Shown here: positions 48,563 to 58,741 of the stretch, piece by piece
Layout of the letters: each line of letters begins with the position of its first letter
Numbering within the stretch: the first letter of the stretch is position 1
DNA from: an uncultured Candidatus Micrarchaeota archaeon
GTDB lineage: Archaea > Micrarchaeota > Micrarchaeia > Anstonellales > Bilamarchaeaceae
Assembly (NCBI GenBank): GCA_963714085.1
Contig: OY970229.1
Coordinates: 992,001 to 1,056,000 of the forward strand
Length of the DNA: 64,000 bases
Direction of reading: 5' to 3'
Notes under the pieces: generated by a model
Told to the model about the DNA's origin: nothing
Databases searched by the model: none
Seen by the model: the letters and a program-made list of their open reading frames with translations, nothing else
Position numbers and translations under genes: made by a program

Positions 48563-49776
48563 AATACGACCACGACGTCATAGTCATCGGCGGCGGGCCG
48601 GCCGGCTCCACGTTTGCGCGCTACTGCGCGGGCGCTGGCATGGACGTGCTCGTAGTCGACAAGAGGAGGGAGATCGGCGTCCCGGTGCGCTGCGGCGAGG
48701 GCCTCGGCACCAGGGAGGTGCTCGCCCAAGATCTCGAGCTGCCCAAAAGGTGCATATCCACCAATGTCGTCGGAGCGCGGGTGGTCGCTCCCAACGGCAA
48801 GGAGATAATATGGAAGGACCAGGAGACCACGGGCTGGGTGCTCGAGAGGAAGATGTTCGACAAGTGGCTCTGCGAGCTGGCTGTGGACAAGGGCGCCAAG
48901 GTGCACACCTACACGCGCGCCACAGAGCTCGTCGTGGAGAACGGGAAGCCCGCCGGGGTGAAGCTCTCGCACGGCGGCCAGGAGCCCTACGAGGTGCGCG
49001 CGCCGCTCGTCGTCTCGGCGGAAGGCATGGAGAGCATGATCGCGAGGGCGGCAGGCTTCCGGACCGTGCACTCGCTCTACGACGTAGACACGTGCTACCA
49101 GTACGAGATGAAGCCCTATGACCACGAGAACCTCCTCGAGCTCTATTTCGGCAACTCCATCGCGCCACGCGGTTACGTCTGGATATTCCCGAAATCAGAC
49201 CGCAAGGCGAACGTCGGCATCGGCATAGGCGGCAACCACATCAACGCCAAGAAGGGCGCCAGCGGCGTGGACGGCGCAGACCCGAAGGCGTACCTCGAGA
49301 AGTTCATAGCGTCGCATCCCAAGCTCAAGGACGCCAGCACGCTGCTGGATTTCGGCGGCGTGATATCCGTGGGGGCGCCCATGGACGAGTTCGTGAAGGA
49401 CAATTTCATGGTGATCGGCACCGCGGCCAAGCAGGTGGACCCGGTGCACGGCGGCGGGATGGCCGTCGCCATGGAGACCGCGGCGATTGCCGCCAGCACG
49501 GCCATAGACGCCCACAAGAGGAAGGACTTCTCGAAAGCAGCGCTCCTGCCATACGAGGCGAAATGGAAGGCCACGGTCGGGAAGAAGATGGCGAAGCGGC
49601 TCATGCTGCGCAAGGCCATAGAGAAGCTGAACGACGACGACCTGGACTACATCTTCAACGCAATAACCGCCAAAGACCTCAACGAGACCATGGACGGGAA
49701 ATTCGCCGGGCCGGTGGCCAAGATCGTGGCAGGAAGGCCTCAGCTCCTCAAGGTCCTGAGCGCGCTGCTCTCATGA
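48559..49776 (+). CDS. digeranylgeranylglycerophospholipid reductase (GGR)
   Basis: GGGPAGS, PVRCGEG, GYVWIFPK, GGG; coupled to ferredoxin (ATGA overlap). Confidence 0.9.
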   Translation: MKYDHDVIVIGGGPAGSTFARYCAGAGMDVLVVDKRREIGVPVRCGEGLGTREVLAQDLELPKRCISTNVVGARVVAPNGKEIIWKDQETTGWVLERKMFDKWLCELAVDKGAKVHTYTRATELVVENGKPAGVKLSHGGQEPYEVRAPLVVSAEGMESMIARAAGFRTVHSLYDVDTCYQYEMKPYDHENLLELYFGNSIAPRGYVWIFPKSDRKANVGIGIGGNHINAKKGASGVDGADPKAYLEKFIASHPKLKDASTLLDFGGVISVGAPMDEFVKDNFMVIGTAAKQVDPVHGGGMAVAMETAAIAASTAIDAHKRKDFSKAALLPYEAKWKATVGKKMAKRLMLRKAIEKLNDDDLDYIFNAITAKDLNETMDGKFAGPVAKIVAGRPQLLKVLSALLS

Positions 49777-50483
49777 CGCCCGCTTGAGAACGATTGCCTT
49801 GCCAAGGGCATGAGGCGCGGCATAAGGCGCGGTTCGACCCTGCGCTTGCGCATCGCCTTAGAAGCGAGGTCCTGGAACCTGTCGTTGCTCAGGGACACCT
49901 CCCTTTCTTTCGTGCCCCTGCGCGCTTCGTGGAAGACGTCCCTGGCGATGAGCATGCCCAGGTCGCCGGGCGCCCTGCCATCATCGAATACCCGCTGGAC
50001 ATCGTGCATTATGCCCAGCAGCATATCCCTGTTGAATTCGGAGGTTGCGATGACGAGCATCTCTCCGGAAAGCAGCGCCCTCCACTCGGAGCGCTGATTG
50101 CTTATGGAGCATATCTGGCCGATGGTCTCGACGCCCAGCGCGATGCTCCTTAGGCAGGCGATGGGCGTATTGCCGAGCTCCACGTTTATCGCATTGGTCC
50201 TGGCCCTCGGAGCCAGTATGTAAGCGCAGGGGACGTCACGGTCGCCGCTCGCGAGTTCTGCCGCCGAGAACACCGCTCCCCACACATCCGAGCGGTTCTG
50301 CTTCAGCCAGTCTGTCAGCCAGATCCCCCTGGCCTTGTGGAACGTGGATATCAGCCTCAGCTTATAGTCAAGCGCGATCATGAGCGTGGACGTGCCGTAT
50401 CCGCTGTCTTCGAAGGCCGGGGAAGCCTCCTTTTTGTCGTATATCCTGCCCCCTGACGGTATCTGCATGACGTTATTATGCAC
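49740..50483 (-). CDS. hypothetical protein
   Basis: ORF filling the gap below an AT-rich divergent promoter. Confidence 0.6.
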   Translation of the reverse strand: MHNNVMQIPSGGRIYDKKEASPAFEDSGYGTSTLMIALDYKLRLISTFHKARGIWLTDWLKQNRSDVWGAVFSAAELASGDRDVPCAYILAPRARTNAINVELGNTPIACLRSIALGVETIGQICSISNQRSEWRALLSGEMLVIATSEFNRDMLLGIMHDVQRVFDDGRAPGDLGMLIARDVFHEARRGTKEREVSLSNDRFQDLASKAMRKRRVEPRLMPRLMPLARQSFSSGRHESSALRTLRS

Positions 50484-50553
50484 CGAAATGTTTTAAAACC
50501 TATAAATTAGTGGTTTACAACAGTATAAAAACTCTTTCTGGAAAAAGCCGCAC

Positions 50554-52134
50554 ATGGCGGAAGAATTCTCGGACGAGGAGAAAAGGCTCCTCGCCCCATT
50601 CGTATCCAATCTAGAGCGGTCTGTGTTCGTGCTGCGCAACCTCCCCGAGGTCGTCAAGGGCGCGCTCTTCTCGCGATATTCGCGCTCCGCCAAGAGCCTC
50701 AGGCGCACGCTGCTCGACGAGTTCGTAAAGAACAAGGACATCGGCTTCGAGCCCGGCGGCCCCGGCTTCGAGGGCGTGGTCGCTACCGAGAAGGCCGAGG
50801 CGTTCTACGACCGCGTGCTGCTGGGCTACGGCGACGATTCCGTAGCCGAGCTGGCCGGCGCGCACATCGCGCTCGAGGACATCTCCATAATCGCCACCAA
50901 AGCGGTGGAGGACGCGCGCATCGGCCTCTCGCCTCTTGAGAAGTCCACGCGCTACGTCTATTTCGACCAGAAGGGCTCGGACGGGAGATGGAGGTATTAC
51001 AGCGACGCGCAGCTGGAGGCTTTCGACAAATACGCCGAGACCTGCGACCTGCTCTTCGAGACCTACGCCAGGTTCATCCCAAAGATCTCCAAATACGTCT
51101 CCGGGCGCCTGGGCGAGGAGGAGAAAAAGGGCCTCAGCGACAGGGCGGTCGAGGCGGTCGTGCGCTCCAAGACCTGCGACATCATCCGAGGCCTGCTTCC
51201 TGCTTCGACAAAGACCAACATGGGCTTCTTCGGGAACGGAAGGGCGTACGAGTACCTGATAACCAAGATGTACGCGGACCCGCTCGCCGAGATGAGGGCG
51301 CTCGCCAAATCCATGCAGGTGGAGCTCAGGACTACGATCCCGTCGTTCGTGAAGCGGCCGGACACCGAGCTCGGGCTCATCATGCAGAATTATCTGAAGG
51401 AGACGCGGCTAGACGGCTCCGGATTCCAAAGCGAGCCGGACGCCGAGGACGTCGTCCTGGTGGATTACGACAAGGACGCGGAGGAGCGCGTCGTCGCGGC
51501 TGCCCTCTATCCGTTCACCCACCGTTCCATGGCATCGCTGATGGCGGACGCCGGGCGCATGGGCGCTGAGCAGCGCGGGAAGATAATCTCGTCCTATTGC
51601 GGCAACCGGCTCAACCGCAGGCACAAACCGGGCAGGGGATTCGAATCCACGCTCTACACGTTCGACGTCTGCGCGAACTTCGGCTGCTACCGCGACATCC
51701 ACAGGCACAGGATGATGACCCAGCAGAGGCAGCTGCTCGGATGCCTGCACGGCTACACGCTCCCGAGGGAGATCGTGGAAGCGGGCTGCGAGGCGGAGTT
51801 CCGCGGCGCCATGGACGCCGCCAAAGAGGCCTGGGAGGCAATGGTCAAAACCCATCCGTACGAGGCGCAATACGTCGTACCGCTCGCCTACCGCATAAGG
51901 TGGCAGATGTCCCTCACGCTGCGGGAGGCGTTCCACTTCTGCGAGCTGCGCTCCTCGAGGCAGGGGCATATAGATTATAGGAGGGTGGCGCAGAGGATGT
52001 ACGAAGAGATGAAGCGCGTGCACCCTTCCCTCGCAAAGCACATGAAGTTCGTGGACATGAACGACTACGCGTTCGAGCGGCTCGAGGCCGAGAAGCAGCT
52101 GGACAGGAGAATGAAGGAGATGGGGCGTGAATGA
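50554..52134 (+). CDS. thyX: FAD-dependent thymidylate synthase, long two-domain form
   Basis: GYGDDSVAEL, EKSTRY, RDIHRHR, ELRS..QGH..YR. Confidence 0.9.
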   Translation: MAEEFSDEEKRLLAPFVSNLERSVFVLRNLPEVVKGALFSRYSRSAKSLRRTLLDEFVKNKDIGFEPGGPGFEGVVATEKAEAFYDRVLLGYGDDSVAELAGAHIALEDISIIATKAVEDARIGLSPLEKSTRYVYFDQKGSDGRWRYYSDAQLEAFDKYAETCDLLFETYARFIPKISKYVSGRLGEEEKKGLSDRAVEAVVRSKTCDIIRGLLPASTKTNMGFFGNGRAYEYLITKMYADPLAEMRALAKSMQVELRTTIPSFVKRPDTELGLIMQNYLKETRLDGSGFQSEPDAEDVVLVDYDKDAEERVVAAALYPFTHRSMASLMADAGRMGAEQRGKIISSYCGNRLNRRHKPGRGFESTLYTFDVCANFGCYRDIHRHRMMTQQRQLLGCLHGYTLPREIVEAGCEAEFRGAMDAAKEAWEAMVKTHPYEAQYVVPLAYRIRWQMSLTLREAFHFCELRSSRQGHIDYRRVAQRMYEEMKRVHPSLAKHMKFVDMNDYAFERLEAEKQLDRRMKEMGRE

Positions 52135-53102
52135 TGGCCAAGAAGAACATCTATGTCACCGGAGCTTCGGGCAGGCTGGGCAGGGAGGTCCTCAAGGTCA
52201 TCCCCGAAGCGATACCGATAGTGCGGCAGGCATCTGGGCTGGAAAACGAGATCGTCACAGACTACTCCTTCCACGACCTTGAGCGCATGCTCCGCAACGC
52301 GGACGTCGTCATACATCTGGCGGCGTCCCGCGACTTCCTGGACATGAACAAGGCGCGCGAGGGCAATGTCATACTCACCCAGAGGCTGGCGACCGCGGTC
52401 CCGCCGACGGCCCGCATAATCTTCGCCAGCTCGATATCCGTCTATGGCAAGCATCTGGCGGCGATGCCCGCGGACGAGGCCACGGCCACGCGGCCGGACA
52501 CCCCGTACGCGGAGACCAAGCTCCAGGCGGAGAAGATCGTAGCGTCCAAGCCCGACCACGTGATACTCAGGATCGGCCCGCTCTACGGCCCGGGGTTCGA
52601 CGACTATTTCAAGGTCCTGCGCATGATCAAGGACGGCACCATGCGCGTCATCGGCAGCGGGAGCAACCACATCCCCTTCGTGCATGCGGAGGACGTTGCG
52701 ACGGCCATAGCGGCGGCGGTCTCCGACGGCAGGGGCGTCTACGTGCTCGTGGGCGAGTGCCTCACGCAGACCGAGGTCTATGCGATCGCCGCCAAAGAGC
52801 TCGGAGTCGAGCCGCCTAGGAAGCACGTGCCGACCCTGTTGGCCGCACTGATGGCGCAGCTGTCCCTCATCCGCTCGTCCCTGACCAAGACGAAACCGAA
52901 GTTCATACCCGAAGACATCGCGGTGCTCTCAAGCGACAGGAGGTTCAACTCCTCAAGGGCGCGGAAGGAGCTGGGCTTCAGCCCGAGGCCGCTCGCAGAC
53001 GGGATAAAGGAGATGGTCGCGCTCATGGGGGAGCAGGGTGACAAGGTCAGGCTCGCGCAGATGAAGGCGTTCGGGACGCCCAAGACGCCGGAAGAGGGAT
53101 GA
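52131..53102 (+). CDS. NAD-dependent epimerase/dehydratase family protein
   Basis: TGASGRLG, HLAA, SSISVYG, YAETK. Confidence 0.88.
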   Translation: MMAKKNIYVTGASGRLGREVLKVIPEAIPIVRQASGLENEIVTDYSFHDLERMLRNADVVIHLAASRDFLDMNKAREGNVILTQRLATAVPPTARIIFASSISVYGKHLAAMPADEATATRPDTPYAETKLQAEKIVASKPDHVILRIGPLYGPGFDDYFKVLRMIKDGTMRVIGSGSNHIPFVHAEDVATAIAAAVSDGRGVYVLVGECLTQTEVYAIAAKELGVEPPRKHVPTLLAALMAQLSLIRSSLTKTKPKFIPEDIAVLSSDRRFNSSRARKELGFSPRPLADGIKEMVALMGEQGDKVRLAQMKAFGTPKTPEEG

Positions 53103-53152
53103 GCGGCATCTATCCTTATAAACTTCACAGTAAACGTATCTGCGGTGTTGAA

Positions 53153-53830
53153 ATGGGGAGGCGATATCTTCTTGTAGCGCTGCTGGCGGTCTGCCTGCTG
53201 CTCTTCGGTAGCACGCAGACCTACGTGCAGACGTTCGATTCGTCCGGCAATTCCATGATCGTGGAGCAGAAAGACATGTCCAGCTATCTCCACTCCTATC
53301 CCGTGGGCTCCCTGAACAGGCTGGCGGCGGCATGCAGCGCCAGCCCATCGCTCGGATGCTCGCTCAACGGGACGCTCATGACGCTCAGGATCATGCTGGC
53401 TCCGGATAGCGGCTATTACGCGTTCCAGTCGCGCTATGGCCTGCCTTTCGTAACGTCCACTGCGACGGTGGACAAAATCCCGTCCGACCTGTTCGACTCC
53501 GCCCTCAACCAGGTATTCATCGCGACAGACCTCACGAACAGCAGCAGCTCGGCCAAGGCCGTGGACCTCAATGACAAGGCGACGGACGCGCGGCTGTCAA
53601 CCGCCTGGAAATCGGTCGGCATAAACGAGACCTACACCATCGTGATGCCGAACGGATACAGCGAGACCTACGACCTCGTCGCGCTGCTCGCGGACGCCAA
53701 GCCAATGACCATGACCGTGCAGGAGCCCAACCTGGGCGCCATCGTGCTGATCGTCGGCATCCTCGTGCTCGCGGCGTTCGCAGCAAGCTTCTTCTTCACG
53801 AAGCAGAAAAAGAAGAAGGGCAAGCGCTGA
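53153..53830 (+). CDS. exported protein with C-terminal TM anchor and basic tail
   Basis: Signal peptide, TM segment, KQKKKKGKR tail. Confidence 0.75.
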   Translation: MGRRYLLVALLAVCLLLFGSTQTYVQTFDSSGNSMIVEQKDMSSYLHSYPVGSLNRLAAACSASPSLGCSLNGTLMTLRIMLAPDSGYYAFQSRYGLPFVTSTATVDKIPSDLFDSALNQVFIATDLTNSSSSAKAVDLNDKATDARLSTAWKSVGINETYTIVMPNGYSETYDLVALLADAKPMTMTVQEPNLGAIVLIVGILVLAAFAASFFFTKQKKKKGKR

Positions 53831-53904
53831 GGGTCCTATCCGAGAGAAACGGCGACATTTTTAAACAGGGGTTGCCATATCCATAATACACTTCTGTGAT
53901 AACT

Positions 53905-54945
53905 ATGGCAGGCATTGTTGGTTATGGGTCTTACATCCCGCTATACCGGATAAAGTCGTCCCAGATCGCCCTTGTGTGGGGCGAGGAGCCGGACAGGATA
54001 GAGAAGGGCCTCGGCATAATCGAGAAGGCGGTCGGCGGAGTGGACGAGGACGCGGCCACCATAGCCGTGGAATCTGCCAGGAACGCGGTGGCGCGGGCCG
54101 GCATAGACCCCAAGAGGATAGGAGCGATCTACGTGGGCAGCGAGTCGCACCCGTACGCGGTGAAGCCCACGGCCACCGTTGTCGCCGAAGCCCTGGGGGC
54201 AACGCCCAACCTCACCGCAGCGGACCTGGAGTTCGCATGCAAGGCCGGAACCGCCGGCATACAGATGGCCATGGGCATGTGCATGGCGAAGATGATCGAT
54301 TACGGCATGTCCGTGGGCGCGGACACCGCCCAGGGAAGGCCCGGGGACGCGCTGGAATACTCCGCGGCATCGGGCGGCGCGGCGTTCATCGTGGGCCCTG
54401 ACAACGAATCCGTCGCGACCATAGAAGCCACTTTCTCGTTCACGACCGATACGCCGGACTTCTGGAGGCGGCAGGGAGCGGACTACCCGTCCCACGGCGG
54501 GCGGTTCACCGGCGCGCCCGCATATTTCAAGCACGTGATCGGGGCCACGAAGGGCCTGCTGGAGAAGACCGGCATGAACGTCAACGATTTCGACTACGTG
54601 GTCTTCCACCAGCCGAACGCCAAGTTCCCGATATCCGTAGCCGAGAAGCTCGGCATCCCGAAGGAGAAGCTCAAGGCCGGGCTGCTCGTGCCAGTCGTGG
54701 GGAACACCTATTCAGGAGCCTCCATGCTGGGGCTGAGCGCGGTCCTCGACGAGGCCAAGCCGGGCAATAAAATACTGGTCACGTCCTTCGGTTCAGGCGC
54801 TGGTTCGGACTCGTTCGCAATCACGGTCACGGACCGCATCGACCAGGTGCGGGACAAGGCGCCCAAGACGCAGGATTACATCTCGAAGAAGAAGTACATA
54901 GACTACGCGACCTACCTGAAGTTCAGGCGCAAGATAAAGACCTGA
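53905..54945 (+). CDS. hydroxymethylglutaryl-CoA synthase (archaeal type)
   Basis: [39 protein letters not shown]. Confidence 0.95.
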   Translation: MAGIVGYGSYIPLYRIKSSQIALVWGEEPDRIEKGLGIIEKAVGGVDEDAATIAVESARNAVARAGIDPKRIGAIYVGSESHPYAVKPTATVVAEALGATPNLTAADLEFACKAGTAGIQMAMGMCMAKMIDYGMSVGADTAQGRPGDALEYSAASGGAAFIVGPDNESVATIEATFSFTTDTPDFWRRQGADYPSHGGRFTGAPAYFKHVIGATKGLLEKTGMNVNDFDYVVFHQPNAKFPISVAEKLGIPKEKLKAGLLVPVVGNTYSGASMLGLSAVLDEAKPGNKILVTSFGSGAGSDSFAITVTDRIDQVRDKAPKTQDYISKKKYIDYATYLKFRRKIKT

Positions 54946-54955
54946 ACCAGAAGAT

Positions 54956-55092
54956 TGGGCCTGCGGAGATTTGAACTCCGGACTTCCGCGGGGTTTTAAC
55001 CCCTCTACGGCTAGCCCAGACTCGTCCTAATAACCGTGTATTAGAACGTGCCATATAAGACCGTCGCTCTAACCGAGCTGAGCTACAGGCCC
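54956..55092 (-). tRNA. tRNA-Ile(TAT) with two introns: 37/38 (55013-55053, 41 nt) and 45/46 (54984-55004, 21 nt)
   Basis: GGGCCTG acceptor; ACGGT-CTTATA^A-GCCGT arm; removing intron 2 restores AGGTC variable loop; both introns show BHB-like geometry. Confidence 0.88.
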
Positions 55093-55186
55093 AATCGAAC
55101 TCTATGTTGTGGGATAAGTTTAAAATAAAGTCGTCCAAACCTGCCTTATAGCAACATTTATAAACTGATTACGACCTAATACACTT

Positions 55187-55633
55187 ATGAATAACTCACA
55201 TTCAGCCAGAGGCACCCCTCTCGCTCACGGAAAACAGGAAAAACCGCAGCCAGTTACGGGCTGTACGTTCGCCCATGCATATAGTGTTATGGTTCATTTG
55301 GGGCAGCGCCTACCGCCACCTCTAAAACCAGAAGGAAGTGCCTGCCAGGTGAAACCGGTAAAAGCCTCGCCACCCGCAAGCGAAACTTCGACCCATGAAC
55401 CCTTCACGCTTCGCGATGGAAACGTGATCGCTCGCGGTCTGGGGAGATTGGATAGGTGGTCCAAGGAACCCGAGACACCTTCAACGAATCAAACGACCGC
55501 GGGTTCGCTCGAGACAAGTGTGCTAACCGACGATTTGCTCAGGGCAAGATTCAGAAGGATGCATCACAAGCTTCCTAGTGAGTTACGTATTCCTGAACCT
55601 GAAGTTGAACCGGTGGCCTCCAAAGTCGACTGA
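55187..55633 (+). CDS. hypothetical protein
   Basis: ORF with TTTATAAA ~25 nt upstream; AT-richer than flanks. Confidence 0.5.
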   Translation: MNNSHSARGTPLAHGKQEKPQPVTGCTFAHAYSVMVHLGQRLPPPLKPEGSACQVKPVKASPPASETSTHEPFTLRDGNVIARGLGRLDRWSKEPETPSTNQTTAGSLETSVLTDDLLRARFRRMHHKLPSELRIPEPEVEPVASKVD

Positions 55634-55663
55634 TTTTAAACCGTTCTTCTCATTATTCCTCTT

Positions 55664-56491
55664 ATGTACCGGACGCTTTCAGGCAAGGAGCCGGCAGAAG
55701 CCGTGCTCTCTGAAATCAAGGCGCGCGTGGCGAAACTCGGCAGGAGCCCAAGGCTCGTCATAGTGCAGGTCGGCGACGACCCCGCGTCCACGACTTATGT
55801 CACCAGCAAGCTGAAGAAAGCCGCAGCCGTCGGCATAGCCGCGGAGCTGAAAAAACTCCCCAAAGATGCCGCAGAGAAGGAGCTCATTTCCCTGGTGAAA
55901 GCGCTCAACAAGGACAAGTCCGTGGACGGCTTCATAGTCCAGACCCCGCTGCCGAAGCAGATGGACGAGAAGGCGATACTGGACGCCGTGGACGCGTCGA
56001 AGGACGTGGACGGCTGGACTTCGACATCCGCAGGCAGATTGTTCTCCGGTTTAGACACGTTCGAGCCGGCCACTCCCGCAGGCGTGATGCGCATGCTGGA
56101 TTTCTACAAGGTCCAGATCGAAGGGAAGCACGCCGTAGTGGTCGGCAGGAGCAACACGGTCGGCAAGCCCATGGCGCTCATGCTGCTCGCAAGGAACGCG
56201 ACGGTAACCATCTGCCACTCCAGGACGCCGGACCTCGCGAAACACACAGTGTCCGCGGACATCATAGTGGCCGCGGTCGGGAAACCGGGCCTCATAACCG
56301 CGGACATGGTCAAGGAAGGCGCATCCGTCGTGGATGTAGGAACGACGAAGGTCGGGGAAAAGCTCTCCGGAGACGTGGATTTCGCGGGCGTCATAAAGAA
56401 GGCCAACTGCTCGCCCGTTCCTGGCGGTGTCGGTCCGCTCACCGTAGCGATGCTGATGTACAACGTCCTCAAATCAGCCGAAAGGCGGTGA
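55664..56491 (+). CDS. folD: bifunctional methylenetetrahydrofolate dehydrogenase/cyclohydrolase
   Basis: KDVDG, PATPAG, GRSNTVGKP, PVPGGVGPLT. Confidence 0.96.
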   Translation: MYRTLSGKEPAEAVLSEIKARVAKLGRSPRLVIVQVGDDPASTTYVTSKLKKAAAVGIAAELKKLPKDAAEKELISLVKALNKDKSVDGFIVQTPLPKQMDEKAILDAVDASKDVDGWTSTSAGRLFSGLDTFEPATPAGVMRMLDFYKVQIEGKHAVVVGRSNTVGKPMALMLLARNATVTICHSRTPDLAKHTVSADIIVAAVGKPGLITADMVKEGASVVDVGTTKVGEKLSGDVDFAGVIKKANCSPVPGGVGPLTVAMLMYNVLKSAERR

Positions 56492-56501
56492 AAATTCCCA
56501 T

Positions 56502-57737
56502 ATGGGACTCGATTTCATAGACGCCAAGCTCGGGAGTTTCGGCTCCAGGCCCGGGCTCGAGCGCATAAGCAGGATAATGGCGGAGTTCGGCAACCCCCAG
56601 GAGCGCATGCGCGTCGTCATAGTGACCGGAACCAACGGCAAGGGCTCGGTGACGTCGTTCATCGCCTCCATGCTCGCCGCGGCAGGGCATAAGACAGGCT
56701 CGTATTTCTCGCCTCATCTTGTGGATTACAGGGAACGCTTCATGCTCAACGGCAAAAAGATCCCAATGGTGAAGCTCGAGAAGTACGAGCGCGGCCTGGA
56801 GTCGCTCTTCGACAAGGGTTTCGAGATGACCGCATTCGAGGCGCTCACCGCCATGGCGTACCGGTGTTTCGCCGACGAGAAGGTCGATTTCGCAGTCATG
56901 GAGGTCGGTATGGGCGGCGAGTTCGATGCTACCGCAATCGCAAAACCTGAAGTCGGGGTCATTACAAACATCGCGCTCGAGCATACCGAATACCTGGGCG
57001 ACACCATAGAGAAAATAGCCAAGACGAAAGCGGGAATCCTGAAAAAGGGCTCCAGATGCGTCACCGGGTGCTCGGGCGAGGCGCTCTACGCTGTGGAGGA
57101 CGTCGCGGCCTCGCACAAGGCCGCTTCAGTGGCCGCCTTGGGAAGGGATTTCTTCGTGGAGCCCAAGGAGATAAGCAGGAAAGGCACGGTGTTCAATTAC
57201 ATAGGCAAGACGCCTTACACGGAGCTCCGGACCAGGCTTCTGGGCAGGCACCAGGTGGACAACGCCGCGATCGCGGTCGCTGCAGTGGAGGAGCTTGATC
57301 CGGAGGTAGGGGAAAAGGCGATACGCAAGGGGCTTCTGGACGCGCAGAACCAGGGCAGGCTCCAGGTGATATCCGAAAAGCCTCTCGTCCTAGTGGACGC
57401 AGCCCACAACCCAGCTGGCATTGGATCCCTGGTCTCCAGCCTCTCGCTTTTCGATTTCGAGCGGCTCATCGTGGTATTCGGCGTCCTTGAGAGAAAAGAC
57501 TGGAAATCCATGCTCGCGCTGCTCGGCCTTCATGCCGACGTCATAATCGTCAACCGGCAGAAGCACGAGGGCGCGGCAGATCCGGATGATATAGTCAAAG
57601 AGGCGTCGTGCTACGCTGAAGCGGTGAAAGTCGAGGACGTGAAGAAGAGCCTGGAATACGCTAAATCCATCGCAGGCCCCAAGGACATGATAGTCGTCTG
57701 CGGCTCCATATACATGCTGGGCGAGCTCCTAGGCTAG
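56502..57737 (+). CDS. folC: folylpolyglutamate synthase/dihydrofolate synthase
   Basis: VTGTNGKGS, SPHL, EVGMGG..DAT, DAAHNP, CGSIY. Confidence 0.93.
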   Translation: MGLDFIDAKLGSFGSRPGLERISRIMAEFGNPQERMRVVIVTGTNGKGSVTSFIASMLAAAGHKTGSYFSPHLVDYRERFMLNGKKIPMVKLEKYERGLESLFDKGFEMTAFEALTAMAYRCFADEKVDFAVMEVGMGGEFDATAIAKPEVGVITNIALEHTEYLGDTIEKIAKTKAGILKKGSRCVTGCSGEALYAVEDVAASHKAASVAALGRDFFVEPKEISRKGTVFNYIGKTPYTELRTRLLGRHQVDNAAIAVAAVEELDPEVGEKAIRKGLLDAQNQGRLQVISEKPLVLVDAAHNPAGIGSLVSSLSLFDFERLIVVFGVLERKDWKSMLALLGLHADVIIVNRQKHEGAADPDDIVKEASCYAEAVKVEDVKKSLEYAKSIAGPKDMIVVCGSIYMLGELLG

Positions 57738-58481
57738 GCTTCGGAGCTCCTTCGCGTGCCTCACTATGATGCTGTGGATCCCGGAGCCGTACTGCATCGC
57801 CCGCTTGCGGCGCAGGAGCACGATCTCAGGCACGCCGAGGAGTTTGCCCGCCTCGCGTAGCACGCCCTTCTTGAGCGCCTTGTCCTCCATGAGGACCTCG
57901 AGGGGGACCTGCCTCACAAAGCGTTCCAGTTCCTTCTTGTATAGCGGGAACCGCGCCTCTATGCCGAATCTCCTGCACACCTTGCCCATCCAGGCAATCT
58001 CCCTCTGCGCAAGGCCGCTGAACTCGCTCACTAAAAGCGCCTGCAGGTCCTTTCCTTCATCGAGATAATCGTAATAGCGCTTGTAGCCCACGAAAAGCTC
58101 CTCCGCAGCGCTGCCGAAAAGCAGCACGCTGTGGCCGGCCGCCTTCGCAGCCTCGGCGCATTTGTACACCGGGACCAGCAGCTCGACCTTGAGCAGGTCC
58201 CCGGGCACGATCTCATTGCATTTCCGGTATGTCTCGAGCACCGCTTCCTCGCTCATCACGCTCTTATGGAGCGGAAGCCCCAGCAGCCGGGCTGTGTCTT
58301 CGGCATACCTCAGGTCATCGGACCTCTCCGTGCCGCAGGCGAACAGCTCCGTGGCCGCATCCTGCTTCGCGACGGCGGCTATGAGCGTGGAGTCCAGGCC
58401 GCCCGAGAACGCGACCGCCACCCTGTCCTCCAGGCTTTCTGCGATGGAACCGCGCAGGAGCTCTGCCAGTTCTGGAATCAT
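57729..58481 (-). CDS. asparagine synthase C-terminal (PP-loop) domain protein
   Basis: VAFSGGLDS, GSAAEELF.GY, K.AMQYGSG; no glutaminase domain. Confidence 0.85.
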   Translation of the reverse strand: MIPELAELLRGSIAESLEDRVAVAFSGGLDSTLIAAVAKQDAATELFACGTERSDDLRYAEDTARLLGLPLHKSVMSEEAVLETYRKCNEIVPGDLLKVELLVPVYKCAEAAKAAGHSVLLFGSAAEELFVGYKRYYDYLDEGKDLQALLVSEFSGLAQREIAWMGKVCRRFGIEARFPLYKKELERFVRQVPLEVLMEDKALKKGVLREAGKLLGVPEIVLLRRKRAMQYGSGIHSIIVRHAKELRSLA

Positions 58482-58574
58482 GTTCTTCTGTATCTGGCGA
58501 TGGTTTTTTAATGCGCAGGCGGCGGCTTCGGAAGCAATAAAAAAGAGAGCGCACAACATTAAATCCGCTGTTTC

Positions 58575-58673
58575 GGGCCCGTAGCTCAGCTTGGATAGAG
58601 CGACGCTCTCCTATCTTTTCCTGCATCGCAGGGGGAAAGGCGAAGGTCACGAGTTCAAATCTCGTCGGGCCCG
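58575..58673 (+). tRNA. tRNA-Arg(CCT) with 24-nt intron at 37/38 (58614-58637)
   Basis: GGGCCCG acceptor, CTCCTA^A loop, CTCC/GGGG central helix, ACGAG-TTCAAAT-CTCGT T arm. Confidence 0.9.
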
Positions 58674-58741
58674 TTTCATTTCCTATTTTTCAACCGCGAT
58701 AAGGGATAAAATACCTTTGGCGTGTAATATTCTTGAGTTTT

